Positions 19,961 to 29,223 of a stretch of DNA of 64,000 nucleotides are shown here, one piece after another. The DNA lies in the NCBI GenBank assembly GCA_000996895.1, contig LCBB01000005.1, positions 11,421 through 75,420 on the forward strand, given 5' to 3'. The DNA is from a candidate division WWE3 bacterium GW2011_GWC2_41_23 (GTDB taxonomy: Bacteria > Patescibacteriota > WWE3 > UBA101185 > UBA10185). The first letter of the stretch is position 1. Each line of letters starts with the position of its first letter. Under the pieces are notes generated by a model. The model did not search any database. It was not told the DNA's origin and saw only the letters and a program-made list of their open reading frames with translations. The position numbers and the translations under genes are program-made.

Positions 19961-20658
19961 ACCGCTATTGTATCAATTTTACGAAAAATGAAGTAATCGT
20001 TAGAGGAGGAATTTTTACCGTCATCTTCAAAGCTGTCTATCAAAGCAAGTCCGTTTTTCTTCATTAAATCAACAACCGCACTTTTTTCCGTCTGACTGTA
20101 CAGGTGGCAATAGCGTTGAAGACCGGGGTCTTTATCCCACCCGAGTAAAAAATCACCATCTTCCCCAAGTTTTTTTACAGCTTTAGAAATATCGAAATCC
20201 CAGAACGTGATTATAAGGAAGCCCCCATCCGTTACAGTTTTAGCTGCCCCGGTAAAAAACTTTGATTGCAACTCTAAGCCCGGGATATGGTGTGTAACGC
20301 CAAAACTTACCACTAAATCAAATTGAGCCGCAGGGAGTTCTTTAAGCGCATCCATTTTCGTAAAATCGCCGTCAGTGTAATTATGTCGTGCTTCCGCCAA
20401 TAACCCGTCGTTTAAATCAACTCCTGTGTATTTTATTTCAGCCGAAGGGAGACGTTCTTTCAAAAATCCCAGAAATCTTCCGTTGCCACAGCCGGCATCT
20501 AGCACGGTAATGGTAGAATGACCGTTGAAGGATAAAACATCAACCGCCCTACCCCATCCTTTCCAGTAATTCTGGCGGGTTTTTGAGAATGGAACCGAAG
20601 CCTTTTTATAGAACGCTTCGTTAAGTTTTAAAATCTCGTCAATTTGGGCCTGATTCAT
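19957..20658 (-). CDS. class I SAM-dependent methyltransferase
   Basis: FSKTR, VLDAGCGNGRF, HHIP and RYCHLY motifs. Confidence 0.85.
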   Translation of the reverse strand: MNQAQIDEILKLNEAFYKKASVPFSKTRQNYWKGWGRAVDVLSFNGHSTITVLDAGCGNGRFLGFLKERLPSAEIKYTGVDLNDGLLAEARHNYTDGDFTKMDALKELPAAQFDLVVSFGVTHHIPGLELQSKFFTGAAKTVTDGGFLIITFWDFDISKAVKKLGEDGDFLLGWDKDPGLQRYCHLYSQTEKSAVVDLMKKNGLALIDSFEDDGKNSSSNDYFIFRKIDTIAV

Positions 20659-20660
20659 AA

Positions 20661-22382
20661 ATGAAAAAACAAATTGTTGATAGTTCTAAGATAATACCAA
20701 TGATACGCGATATTTCCAACGCCGCGGACGAAAAAGAAGTGTTGAAGGTTTTGTTCAGGAATTCCAAGGGATTGGATGATACGTATTCTAAAGCGACGCT
20801 GTTGGAGGAATACCAGACTTTGAAACAAGCCGGAAAGCTGACTTTAACAGATAAGGACGAAAAGCGGTTTTTAGAAAACATCAAAACAAAAAAAATCAGA
20901 ACAATGTCCGGTGTTACCCCTATAACAGTTCTTACCAAGCCGTACCCATGTCCGGGCAAATGTATCTTTTGTCCGAGCGACATACGTATGCCCAAGAGTT
21001 ATTTATCGAGCGAACCCGGAGCACAACGCGCGCACGACAACAAATTTGATCCGTACTACCAAACCTACAACAGACTTGTTGCTTATGAGAAAACAGGACA
21101 CCCCGTGAGCAAAATAGAACTTATTGTTCTGGGCGGGACATGGACATCTTACCCTGAGGCATATCAGCTTTGGTTTATTAAAAGATGTTTTGATGCTTTA
21201 AACGATTTTAAACCCGAAACCAACTCGCCTTATTTGGTTGTAAAAACCCAGTTGCCGTATGACGAAAAAAAACTGGTAAACCTTACCGGCACGTATAATT
21301 CTATCGTCGGATTATCCAGAAACGACAAAATGTTGGCAGGAGAAGATTCTACTTGGGAAGAACTTTTTGCTTCTCATGCCAAAAACGTTAACGCTTTATG
21401 CAAGTGCACGGGATTGGTTATAGAAACACGCCCGGACGAAATAACCAAAGACGAGGTTGTGAGAATTAGACGCCTCGGTGCCACGAAAGTGCAGATAGGT
21501 ATTCAAAGCCTTAATGACAAGGTATTGAAGATAAACAAAAGAGGACACACTGTCGCAAAAACCGCCGAAGCTTTCACTTTATTAAGAGAGACGGGGTTCA
21601 AGATACATGCTCATTGGATGCCGAATCTATACGGTGCCACCCCCGCATCCGATATAAAAGATTTTTCAAAATTATTTGCAGATAAAAAGTTCAGACCGGA
21701 TGAGCTTAAAATCTATCCTTGTTCTTTAGTAGAAGGCACGGAACTTATGGGACTTCATAACTCAGGGGACTGGAAACCTTATACCGAAAAAGAGCTTTTA
21801 CATGTTTTTAAAAATATTCTTCCTACAGTCCCCCGCTACTGCCGCGTAACCCGTGTTGTGCGCGACATTTCAGGTTTGGACATCGTGGCCGGTAACAGAA
21901 AAACCAATTTTAGACAAATAGCCGAAGCAGAGCTGGAAAAAGACAAAACTAAACTTTCGGAAATAAGATCCAGAGAAATTAAGGACAAGAGAGTAAACAG
22001 GGAAGATTTGGTTTATAAAGAAACTACTTATCTTACAGCAGGCACGAAAGAATATTTTTTAGAGTTTGTGACAGACGAAGATAAAATCGCCGCTTTTCTT
22101 AGACTTTCTTTGCCGACAAGGCAGGCAAAAATTTCCGAAATAGAAGATTCAGCGGTGCTTCGGGAAATTCATGTCTATGGGGGAAGTGTTGTTGTAGGCA
22201 AGGGAGAAGTAGGCAGGGCCCAGCACGTTGGTTTGGGCAAAGAACTAATAAAGAAAGCCTCAGATATATCCCGCGCGGCGGGTTTTGAGAGGCTTTCAGT
22301 AATCTCCTCGGTAGGAACCAGGGGTTACTACTCCGGAATTGGTTTCACACAGGGCGCTTTGTACCAACACTTAAAACTTTAA
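20661..22382 (+). CDS. elp3: Elp3-family radical SAM/acetyltransferase (tRNA U34 modification)
   Basis: RTMSGV, CPGKCIFC, PKSY, ETRPD, LKIYP, REIHVYG, QH.GLG and VIS..GTRGYY motifs. Confidence 0.93.
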   Translation: MKKQIVDSSKIIPMIRDISNAADEKEVLKVLFRNSKGLDDTYSKATLLEEYQTLKQAGKLTLTDKDEKRFLENIKTKKIRTMSGVTPITVLTKPYPCPGKCIFCPSDIRMPKSYLSSEPGAQRAHDNKFDPYYQTYNRLVAYEKTGHPVSKIELIVLGGTWTSYPEAYQLWFIKRCFDALNDFKPETNSPYLVVKTQLPYDEKKLVNLTGTYNSIVGLSRNDKMLAGEDSTWEELFASHAKNVNALCKCTGLVIETRPDEITKDEVVRIRRLGATKVQIGIQSLNDKVLKINKRGHTVAKTAEAFTLLRETGFKIHAHWMPNLYGATPASDIKDFSKLFADKKFRPDELKIYPCSLVEGTELMGLHNSGDWKPYTEKELLHVFKNILPTVPRYCRVTRVVRDISGLDIVAGNRKTNFRQIAEAELEKDKTKLSEIRSREIKDKRVNREDLVYKETTYLTAGTKEYFLEFVTDEDKIAAFLRLSLPTRQAKISEIEDSAVLREIHVYGGSVVVGKGEVGRAQHVGLGKELIKKASDISRAAGFERLSVISSVGTRGYYSGIGFTQGALYQHLKL

Positions 22383-22754
22383 GTATTGTTCAGCATATTT
22401 ACCGATTATCGGTAAAGGTTCTTTCTTTTCGGAAGCTGCGTTAAGAATTCCCAGGACCCAAAGGACCACGAGAGCTATCGAACCCAGCATTCCGATTATC
22501 CCAATAACGGGGATGTATGAGATCAATGATATTCCTACTCCTAGTATCAAAATCAGAATTGATTGTTTGACGTGAAACTTAACAAAGTCATTATCTTTGT
22601 ACTCGGTAAGGAGGGGAAGGAAGAATATGAAATAAGCTACTATAGCCATAACCCTTGAATTGTCAGTCGGGCTGGTTTGAGGAGCTGTGGCTTCAGGTTG
22701 CGCGCCAGGAGTCACATCGTTAGTTGTTGGTTCTACTACTTGATTTTCGTCCAC
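22371..22754 (-). CDS. DUF4870-like membrane protein
   Basis: FVKFHVKQS and LPIIG motifs. A GAGGAGGTGA SD precedes GTG 22754. Confidence 0.75.
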   Translation of the reverse strand: MDENQVVEPTTNDVTPGAQPEATAPQTSPTDNSRVMAIVAYFIFFLPLLTEYKDNDFVKFHVKQSILILILGVGISLISYIPVIGIIGMLGSIALVVLWVLGILNAASEKKEPLPIIGKYAEQYLKF

Positions 22755-22785
22755 AAAAATCACCTCCTCAATTATATAAATACTG

Positions 22786-23502
22786 TTACAGGTTCGATTC
22801 TACTATCTCTACACTTAATATCTTAACAGGTTTTACAGGTTTTGAAGCCTCCCCGCTCGGACTTACCGTGATTTCCGCTTCGGCAATTTTATCGACTACT
22901 TCTATGCCTTCGCTGACTTTACCGAATATCACATAATCTTTCGGCAACATGGGGTAATTCTGGTGCATAATAAAAAACTGGCTTCCGTTAGTGTTTGGGC
23001 CTGCGTTTGCCATTGCAATAGTGCCTCTTGTGTATTCCCCCTCGAAAGGTTCGTCGTCAAATTGATATCCCGGTCCGCCTGCCCCGGTACCGTCAGGGTC
23101 TCCGCCTTGTATCATAAAACCCTTTACTACCCTGTGGAAAATTACATTGTTATAGAAATCAGCCTTTGAAAGGCTTACAAAATTATTCACCGTTATTGGG
23201 GTTTTATCCGCGTACAGGTCAATTTTTATAACACCTTCTGTCGTAGTCATCACTGCCGTATATTTTTTGGTTAAGTCTAGGCTCATTTTAAAAGGCTCCT
23301 TATTAATGTTTCCCGTAGGATTAATTTGATAATTATCTTTCTCCGACGGACTTGACTCCGCCGTATCCAGTTTTCGTAAAACGTTAGTTTTCTTTTCCTC
23401 TTGTTTTACACGACCTTCAGGTATTTTGGAACCGAAAACCGCCAGTCCGAATAAAATAAGTGCGGGTAAAAGTATGGCTATGTACACTGCTTTATTTTTC
23501 AT
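22786..23502 (-). CDS. cyclophilin-type peptidyl-prolyl isomerase, membrane anchored
   Basis: FHRVVKGFMIQGGDP and AMANAGPNTNGSQFFI motifs. Confidence 0.96.
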   Translation of the reverse strand: MKNKAVYIAILLPALILFGLAVFGSKIPEGRVKQEEKKTNVLRKLDTAESSPSEKDNYQINPTGNINKEPFKMSLDLTKKYTAVMTTTEGVIKIDLYADKTPITVNNFVSLSKADFYNNVIFHRVVKGFMIQGGDPDGTGAGGPGYQFDDEPFEGEYTRGTIAMANAGPNTNGSQFFIMHQNYPMLPKDYVIFGKVSEGIEVVDKIAEAEITVSPSGEASKPVKPVKILSVEIVESNL

Positions 23503-23532
23503 AATTTTAATTGGGCAGCAGTAGTATAAAAC

Positions 23533-23787
23533 TTATTTCCAAAATCGCCACCTCAAACTTCCTTCAACTTTGTCTTTATATAGAGCAGTAAAAAGGCACG
23601 CCAAAATTATTACGTCTAACAAAAATCTTATTCCGTCTTTCGTTGAGATAATTTTTTCCCAGATTCCATTCGTGCATGCCGACAATATTAGCAGAATAAT
23701 TAAAACAAGTGTAGAAAGCCACCCCTCCCATGAAATAGGTGTAAAACCGTAGCCAAGCCTTTTAGGTCTAAACCAAAACTTACTCAT
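23533..23787 (-). CDS. small membrane protein
   Basis: WF.PK..GYG..P.SWEGW motif and two TM segments. TATACT lies 6 nt before ATG 23787. Confidence 0.6.
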   Translation of the reverse strand: MSKFWFRPKRLGYGFTPISWEGWLSTLVLIILLILSACTNGIWEKIISTKDGIRFLLDVIILACLFTALYKDKVEGSLRWRFWK

Positions 23788-23832
23788 AAAATAAGTATAC
23801 AAAATATGTTGAAAATCTAATAAACTTTAAAT

Positions 23833-25173
23833 GTGAGTCCAAAACACATTTTAACCGATCCCTGTACTTTGGTTGTTTTTACCTACGCTCCAGCAGGGCT
23901 GGGGCACCTGCGTGTCACTAATTCCTTATCAGCAGGGCTCCCGAAAGGGGTAAAAACGGTATTACTGGGTTCTTCCGACAAAGGCATTGAGGCAATCCAC
24001 AAATTCATTAGCATACACGTTGTTACCCGTCGGCTGATGGAGTGGTTTCAACGTGGGCGTCCCCAAAAAATATTTACATTTTTCTACAGAAAGTATTTAA
24101 GATCCTACTCCGACGAAATGAAGAGGAAGATTGAAGAAATATTTGAGCAGCAAGTGGATATTCCGAAAAAAGTTGTAATTGTTGCGACTCATTTTGGGTT
24201 GGCTCATAAAATCGCAAAAGTAAAAAAAGAAATAGAAAAAAAGACAGGCGCAAAAATAATACTGGTAGTCCAGGTGACTGATGATACCCCGCAGTATATT
24301 TGGTACGTCCCCGGAGCCGACGTAATATTTGTGCCCAGCAGAAGAACAATGCTGGAATTAAAAGAGTACGCGTTAAAAAGCAATTTAGAAAAAGTGAAAA
24401 TTGAAGTGCTTCCCTACCCCGTGAATCCGCTGCTAAGTAAGAAATTGAGTAGCAAAGATTACGACAAACGTATAAGACAGGTGTCTGAGGGCACCGGCGA
24501 AGTAATAGATTTCTGCATGCCGGTCCCGGGAGCCGCGGTAGGAATGGATTTTTTGCACCACCTTATACCCCAGCTTCAGTCAAAGTATTCAAGATTTAGG
24601 TTCCACATCGTATGCAAAGAGGTACCATTTACACGCCGGTTTTTGGAGGAAGTGAGAACTTTTCCTAATGTACAACTTCATACTTCTAAACATGATCGGG
24701 AGATTGTGGATGTTTACGATAAAATTTACGAAGAAAACGTTATTTCGTTCGAGGTTACAAAACCCAGCGAACAGGCATTTAAAGCTCTTTACGATTTTGA
24801 CATGAGAGGAGGTTCCGTTCTCCTATTCTCTAATCCCGTCGGAAGGCAGGAAAGGGACAATCTGGATTTTCTAAGAAGGCACGGTTTAATTTTTGACCAA
24901 AAAATCACTCAGCGTTTGTGGAGTTACGCGGACGACGGAAAATCTATGAGCGGCGTAATGAAAAAAAGTTTGATGACGGAATGTAACGCACTCAGATGTT
25001 TCCAACTACCGTTTGGTTCCCAGCGTGCCGCCAATTTTATATGGTGGTGCCTGAAAAACAGAGTTTTCGAGTGCATGATAAGTAACTATTCTAACGCCGC
25101 CGCTAATAGTGATTTTGAAACCCGTTCCAACGGAGTCGAACAATTTTGGTCTAAAGTATCTTTGCTAGTATAA
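23833..25173 (+). CDS. GT-B-like protein (MGDG-synthase/DUF6938-like)
   Basis: AGLGHLR, ATHF, VTDD, TKPSE and PVGRQE..N motifs. Confidence 0.6.
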   Translation: MSPKHILTDPCTLVVFTYAPAGLGHLRVTNSLSAGLPKGVKTVLLGSSDKGIEAIHKFISIHVVTRRLMEWFQRGRPQKIFTFFYRKYLRSYSDEMKRKIEEIFEQQVDIPKKVVIVATHFGLAHKIAKVKKEIEKKTGAKIILVVQVTDDTPQYIWYVPGADVIFVPSRRTMLELKEYALKSNLEKVKIEVLPYPVNPLLSKKLSSKDYDKRIRQVSEGTGEVIDFCMPVPGAAVGMDFLHHLIPQLQSKYSRFRFHIVCKEVPFTRRFLEEVRTFPNVQLHTSKHDREIVDVYDKIYEENVISFEVTKPSEQAFKALYDFDMRGGSVLLFSNPVGRQERDNLDFLRRHGLIFDQKITQRLWSYADDGKSMSGVMKKSLMTECNALRCFQLPFGSQRAANFIWWCLKNRVFECMISNYSNAAANSDFETRSNGVEQFWSKVSLLV

Positions 25174-25180
25174 TAAGTAT

Positions 25181-25723
25181 ATGGAGAAAGCGCCTTCAAA
25201 AAAACTCCCGCTGTTTGGAATCTTAGTAGTTTTTATCATAATAGCGGCGTTTTTAAGCTCTATAATATTCGTTCTAAAAGATGTGGAACTCAAGCCTCTT
25301 CCGGATACTCAGGTTCAACCCGATGTCACCGAGAGAGAAATAGGAACAGATGCAGTAGTGGAAAGACAGACGGGTGTAATAACAGGATCTTTAGGATACC
25401 CTAGTGAGATGATTCCCGTCACAATGGAAATATGTGCAATAGATATTTTGTTCCCCGGTATTTACTGCACCGACGAACATTTGCAGGACAGCTCATTCAC
25501 ATACGGAGTAGGATATCGTCTCGAGGTACCGGCAAGCGATTATTACGTATTCGCTCAAGTACCTAATCAACCCGACGCAACAGGCGAGACTTATAAAGCT
25601 TATTACTCCGAATTTGTAACCTGCGGAATGGATGTAGCATGTTCAAGTCATGAGCCGATAAAAGTTACGATAAAGCAAGGTGAGACTGTAGACAAAGTCG
25701 ACCCTCAGGACTGGTATAAATAA
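25181..25723 (+). CDS. membrane-anchored hypothetical protein
   Basis: N-terminal TM segment, GSLGYPSE..P and a C-terminal P.DWY. Confidence 0.6.
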   Translation: MEKAPSKKLPLFGILVVFIIIAAFLSSIIFVLKDVELKPLPDTQVQPDVTEREIGTDAVVERQTGVITGSLGYPSEMIPVTMEICAIDILFPGIYCTDEHLQDSSFTYGVGYRLEVPASDYYVFAQVPNQPDATGETYKAYYSEFVTCGMDVACSSHEPIKVTIKQGETVDKVDPQDWYK

Positions 25724-26539
25724 ATGTATATTGCTGTAGACATGGGTGCTACAAAAACCCGAATAGCCTCCTCCGAAGATTTAAGTTCCCTGTTGAAAGT
25801 AAAGAGGTTTTACACAAATAAGAATCCCGTAACTCAAAAGCAGATAATTTCTTCGGGTATTAACGAACTTACCGCAGGAAAAGAACCTGCTTTCGTTTGT
25901 TTCGGAGTTCCGGGTGCTGTTGATAGACAAATCGGGAATTTTGTCAAAGTTCCCAATTATAAAGAAATAAACGGAAAGCCATTTACGGCACTTTTGGACG
26001 AAAAATACCTGGGCAACGCTTTTGTTGAGAATGACGCGGCATTGGGAGCCGTCGGAGAGGCCATTTTGGGCGCGGGTAAAGACTTTCAACGGGTCGGATA
26101 CCTAACGTTCGGTACGGGCACGGGTGGGGCGCTTGTCGTCAAAAAAGGACATGGGGAATTCGGGTATGAGAGCGGTGAACCAGGGCACACCATAATAGTA
26201 CCGGGAGGGCGTGTCGCTTCTTCGTGCAACCACGCAGGTTGTATGGAAGCATATACGTCCGGTCACTCTTTCGAAGCGTTATTTAATATAAAACCGCAAA
26301 ATTGTTCGGATAAAGGGGTGTGGGCAAAATACGCGGAATACGTAAATCTTGGATTAAGCAGCATTTATATGACATGGAAATGCGATATCTTTATAATTGG
26401 AGGAAGTATGGCTCTTGAGTATGATTTATTTTCCGAGTTTTTGAAAGCTCCCGTACCCGTAGTCAGATCTCTAACTTTGGATGATGCCGGCGTGTACGGA
26501 GGGTTCGTTCTCACTAAGCAGATATTGTCTTCACGGTAG
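25724..26539 (+). CDS. ROK family sugar kinase (glucokinase-like)
   Basis: VDMGATK, ENDA, GTGTGG, GEPGH and C.H.GC.EAY motifs. Confidence 0.9.
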   Translation: MYIAVDMGATKTRIASSEDLSSLLKVKRFYTNKNPVTQKQIISSGINELTAGKEPAFVCFGVPGAVDRQIGNFVKVPNYKEINGKPFTALLDEKYLGNAFVENDAALGAVGEAILGAGKDFQRVGYLTFGTGTGGALVVKKGHGEFGYESGEPGHTIIVPGGRVASSCNHAGCMEAYTSGHSFEALFNIKPQNCSDKGVWAKYAEYVNLGLSSIYMTWKCDIFIIGGSMALEYDLFSEFLKAPVPVVRSLTLDDAGVYGGFVLTKQILSSR

Positions 26540-26541
26540 AA

Positions 26542-27624
26542 CTAATTGTGGTTAAATAGGGCTTTTGCCATATCCCAATAAGTGGGTGTGTTATTGTTTT
26601 CCTTTTCCCACAACCACCACTCTGCCCCCCAAAAATATAAATCGCGGAAACCGCTTTTTTGAGCGTATGTAATAGTCGATAAAAAGTCGGTGACTGACAT
26701 CGTTTGATTCTTTTCCTCATTTGTAAGCTTGGAATTTATTCTGGGACCCCAGGGCTCGGCTTGTAATTCCGTAACAATTATTCTTTCAATGGGGACGCCC
26801 ATCATATGAGCACGTACCGCGTATGACCAGTGAGATAAAGGGTATTGGAAATAAAAGGCGCTTTTTGTAAGAGTTCCCCAAAAATCATACCAAATCTTTC
26901 TATACATTGATATACCGAGGTAATCGGCCATCTGGTAGCTGGGAAACCAAAAACCGCCTTCTCCGCTATCCTGGATAAGAATGGGTCTTTCGTCTAACGC
27001 GCGGACCAACTGTATTTCATGTTCTACGGTAGATTTTTTTACTGAAATGCATTCACCGAATGGGAAAAAAGGTTCGTTTTCTACCTGCCACATCTTTACG
27101 GAGTTGTAACTCTGTAATTCCATTACAGTTCTTATAATGTATTCATATAGTTCCTTATCTCTTTCATCTTCACTGCTCATTGCTTTCCACCAGCTCGGCT
27201 CAAAACATTCCGGATATCTGGGAACTTTTCTTCCGATTGCCAAAATTACGTTAACGTTCCTTTTGTCCGCTTCTTCGAGCTGCCATTTTATATCTTTGTA
27301 GTTGTAAATTTCAGGAGTAACCTCTATCTCATCCCAATAAGCTATTAATCTTAGATTTCGCGCTCCCAGATCATCGAGTATTTTTATGTAAGCATCTTTC
27401 CAGTTAAGTCCTATCTGGTGTGCATACTTACTGGAAAAGGTAACACCGTATTTATTGTCAGTTCTTGTTTCGGGTTTGAGAAAATAGAAAATTAAAAAGG
27501 GAAATGCGGTCAACATTACGAGTGTTATCAAAACAATGCGGGTTAACGGTAATCCGAAAAGTTTTCCAATGTATTCCCAAGCTTTTGAGGCCTGTTTTTT
27601 AAGGGCAGTTTGTCGGCGGAACAT
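26542..27624 (-). CDS. membrane-anchored clan GH-A glycoside hydrolase
   Basis: YWDEIE, PRYPEC, VENEP (acid/base), TELQAEPW (nucleophile) and WGAEWW. Confidence 0.75.
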   Translation of the reverse strand: MFRRQTALKKQASKAWEYIGKLFGLPLTRIVLITLVMLTAFPFLIFYFLKPETRTDNKYGVTFSSKYAHQIGLNWKDAYIKILDDLGARNLRLIAYWDEIEVTPEIYNYKDIKWQLEEADKRNVNVILAIGRKVPRYPECFEPSWWKAMSSEDERDKELYEYIIRTVMELQSYNSVKMWQVENEPFFPFGECISVKKSTVEHEIQLVRALDERPILIQDSGEGGFWFPSYQMADYLGISMYRKIWYDFWGTLTKSAFYFQYPLSHWSYAVRAHMMGVPIERIIVTELQAEPWGPRINSKLTNEEKNQTMSVTDFLSTITYAQKSGFRDLYFWGAEWWLWEKENNNTPTYWDMAKALFNHN

Positions 27625-27628
27625 AGTT

Positions 27629-28804
27629 TTACTTCACAGTTCCATTCTTACATATTTCAGCGTAATCATAAAAGGATTTTCTTGGTGTGCGCTTTAAGCC
27701 GTCATTACGGTCTACCTCTATTAGCCCGAATCTTGGCCAAAAACCATGATGCCACTCGTAGTTATCCAGCAGAGACCAGTAAAAATATCCTTTAACTTTT
27801 ACCCCGCGTGAAAGGGCCGCGTGTACTTGAGTCAGCATTTTTTTAATAAAATCAGTTCTTTGGGTGTCACGGCTGTCTGCCAATCCGTTTTCAGTAATAT
27901 AAATGGGCAGGTTGTACTTTTTCAAACTCATCAGAACTTTGTATAACCCGTCGTAGTTTATCCACCAGCCAAGATCATTAACAGGATTATCAGGGTTGCG
28001 GATTTTAAGTTTTACAACACGGTTAGTAAAGTAATAGTTTAGACCTATGAAATCCAGATTTTTAGAAATAGGTTTCAAAAAGAAATCGCTGTTGAAAAAA
28101 TATAATATTTTTGCGATAAACTTGTCGAGGAACGTGTAGGTCGAGTATTCATACCATGAAATATTTTTAACAATTCCGACGGGCTTTTTATACATCTCTT
28201 TAATTTTTTTATAGGCCAGGTTGTGTCCGCGCATCAGATTTATTTGGGCGATTAAAGACAGAAGCAGGGATTTTTTATTCGGCGGCCACGTCCCCGCTAT
28301 ATAAGACATAGCGGCGTAGACTTGCGGTTCGTTTATGGTTGCGATCGTATCACAGTGTTCTCCTAGAAATTCAGCACTTTTTTTTGCAAAAGAGGCAAAT
28401 AGCGAAGGCGTTTTAAAATTGAGCCATCCTCCCATTTCGGCTAACCAGACAGGGTTTGTAAAGTGATGCAAAGTAACAAAGGTTTTAAGTCCTTTTTCCT
28501 GGGCAGACTTAAGTACCTTTCTATAGTGATCCAGAGCTTTAGTGTCGAATGTGCCTTGTCTGGGTTCAATTCTAGCCCACTCGATACTTAATCGGACAGC
28601 GTTGTTATTCATCTGCCGGCACAATTCAAAATCTTCCGCGTACCTGTTGTACGAATCACAAGCCTCTCCTGAGGACTCTAAAGGCAAATCTCTTTTTCCG
28701 TCTTTCTCCACTTCCCATTTCCACCAGTCACAATTCGTATTATTACCTTCGGTTTGATGAGCTGAAGTGGCGGTGCCCCATATAAAATCTTTCGGAAAGT
28801 CCAT
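27629..28804 (-). CDS. glycoside hydrolase family 1 (beta-glucosidase)
   Basis: FPKDFIWGTATSAHQTEG, TINEP, YITENG and WSLLDNYEW. Start at ATG 28804. Confidence 0.95.
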   Translation of the reverse strand: MDFPKDFIWGTATSAHQTEGNNTNCDWWKWEVEKDGKRDLPLESSGEACDSYNRYAEDFELCRQMNNNAVRLSIEWARIEPRQGTFDTKALDHYRKVLKSAQEKGLKTFVTLHHFTNPVWLAEMGGWLNFKTPSLFASFAKKSAEFLGEHCDTIATINEPQVYAAMSYIAGTWPPNKKSLLLSLIAQINLMRGHNLAYKKIKEMYKKPVGIVKNISWYEYSTYTFLDKFIAKILYFFNSDFFLKPISKNLDFIGLNYYFTNRVVKLKIRNPDNPVNDLGWWINYDGLYKVLMSLKKYNLPIYITENGLADSRDTQRTDFIKKMLTQVHAALSRGVKVKGYFYWSLLDNYEWHHGFWPRFGLIEVDRNDGLKRTPRKSFYDYAEICKNGTVK

Positions 28805-28878
28805 GTTTATAGTATACATTCGCCGTGCAGGTGAAGGAAGAATATGTACTTAAGCGGTTAAGTTTGTATAATAAGCGT

Positions 28879-29214
28879 ATGAAACTACTGCTTAAACTTG
28901 TGATAGCCACGTTGGCGATTTTCGTAGCTTCCCGTCTTATTCCCGGCGTCGTGGTGGAAGATTTGGTTACTGCCTTAATTGTTGCCATAGTTTTGGGCAC
29001 TCTGAACCTGTTTGTGAAACCAATCCTCATACTTTTAACCCTTCCTATTACTCTAATAACCTTCGGTTTATTTACCTTTGTAATAAGCGCTTTTATCGTT
29101 CTATTTACGTCTTCGCTTGTACCGGGATTTCAGGTAGCAAGTATCTGGACAGCCCTTTTATTCAGCGTTGTCGTTTCGATAATAAACTCGTTTCTTAACA
29201 AAGTTGTCGATTAA
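28879..29214 (+). CDS. YvlD/phage-holin-4 family membrane protein
   Basis: LN..VKPIL..LTLP....TFGLF motif. TATAAT lies 6 nt before ATG 28879. Confidence 0.85.
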   Translation: MKLLLKLVIATLAIFVASRLIPGVVVEDLVTALIVAIVLGTLNLFVKPILILLTLPITLITFGLFTFVISAFIVLFTSSLVPGFQVASIWTALLFSVVVSIINSFLNKVVD

Positions 29215-29223
29215 ACTGCCCGG

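Noticed and set aside
28879-29214. Prophage lysis module
   Set aside because: YvlD-type membrane proteins are common chromosomal genes, and no phage structural or integrase genes are nearby.
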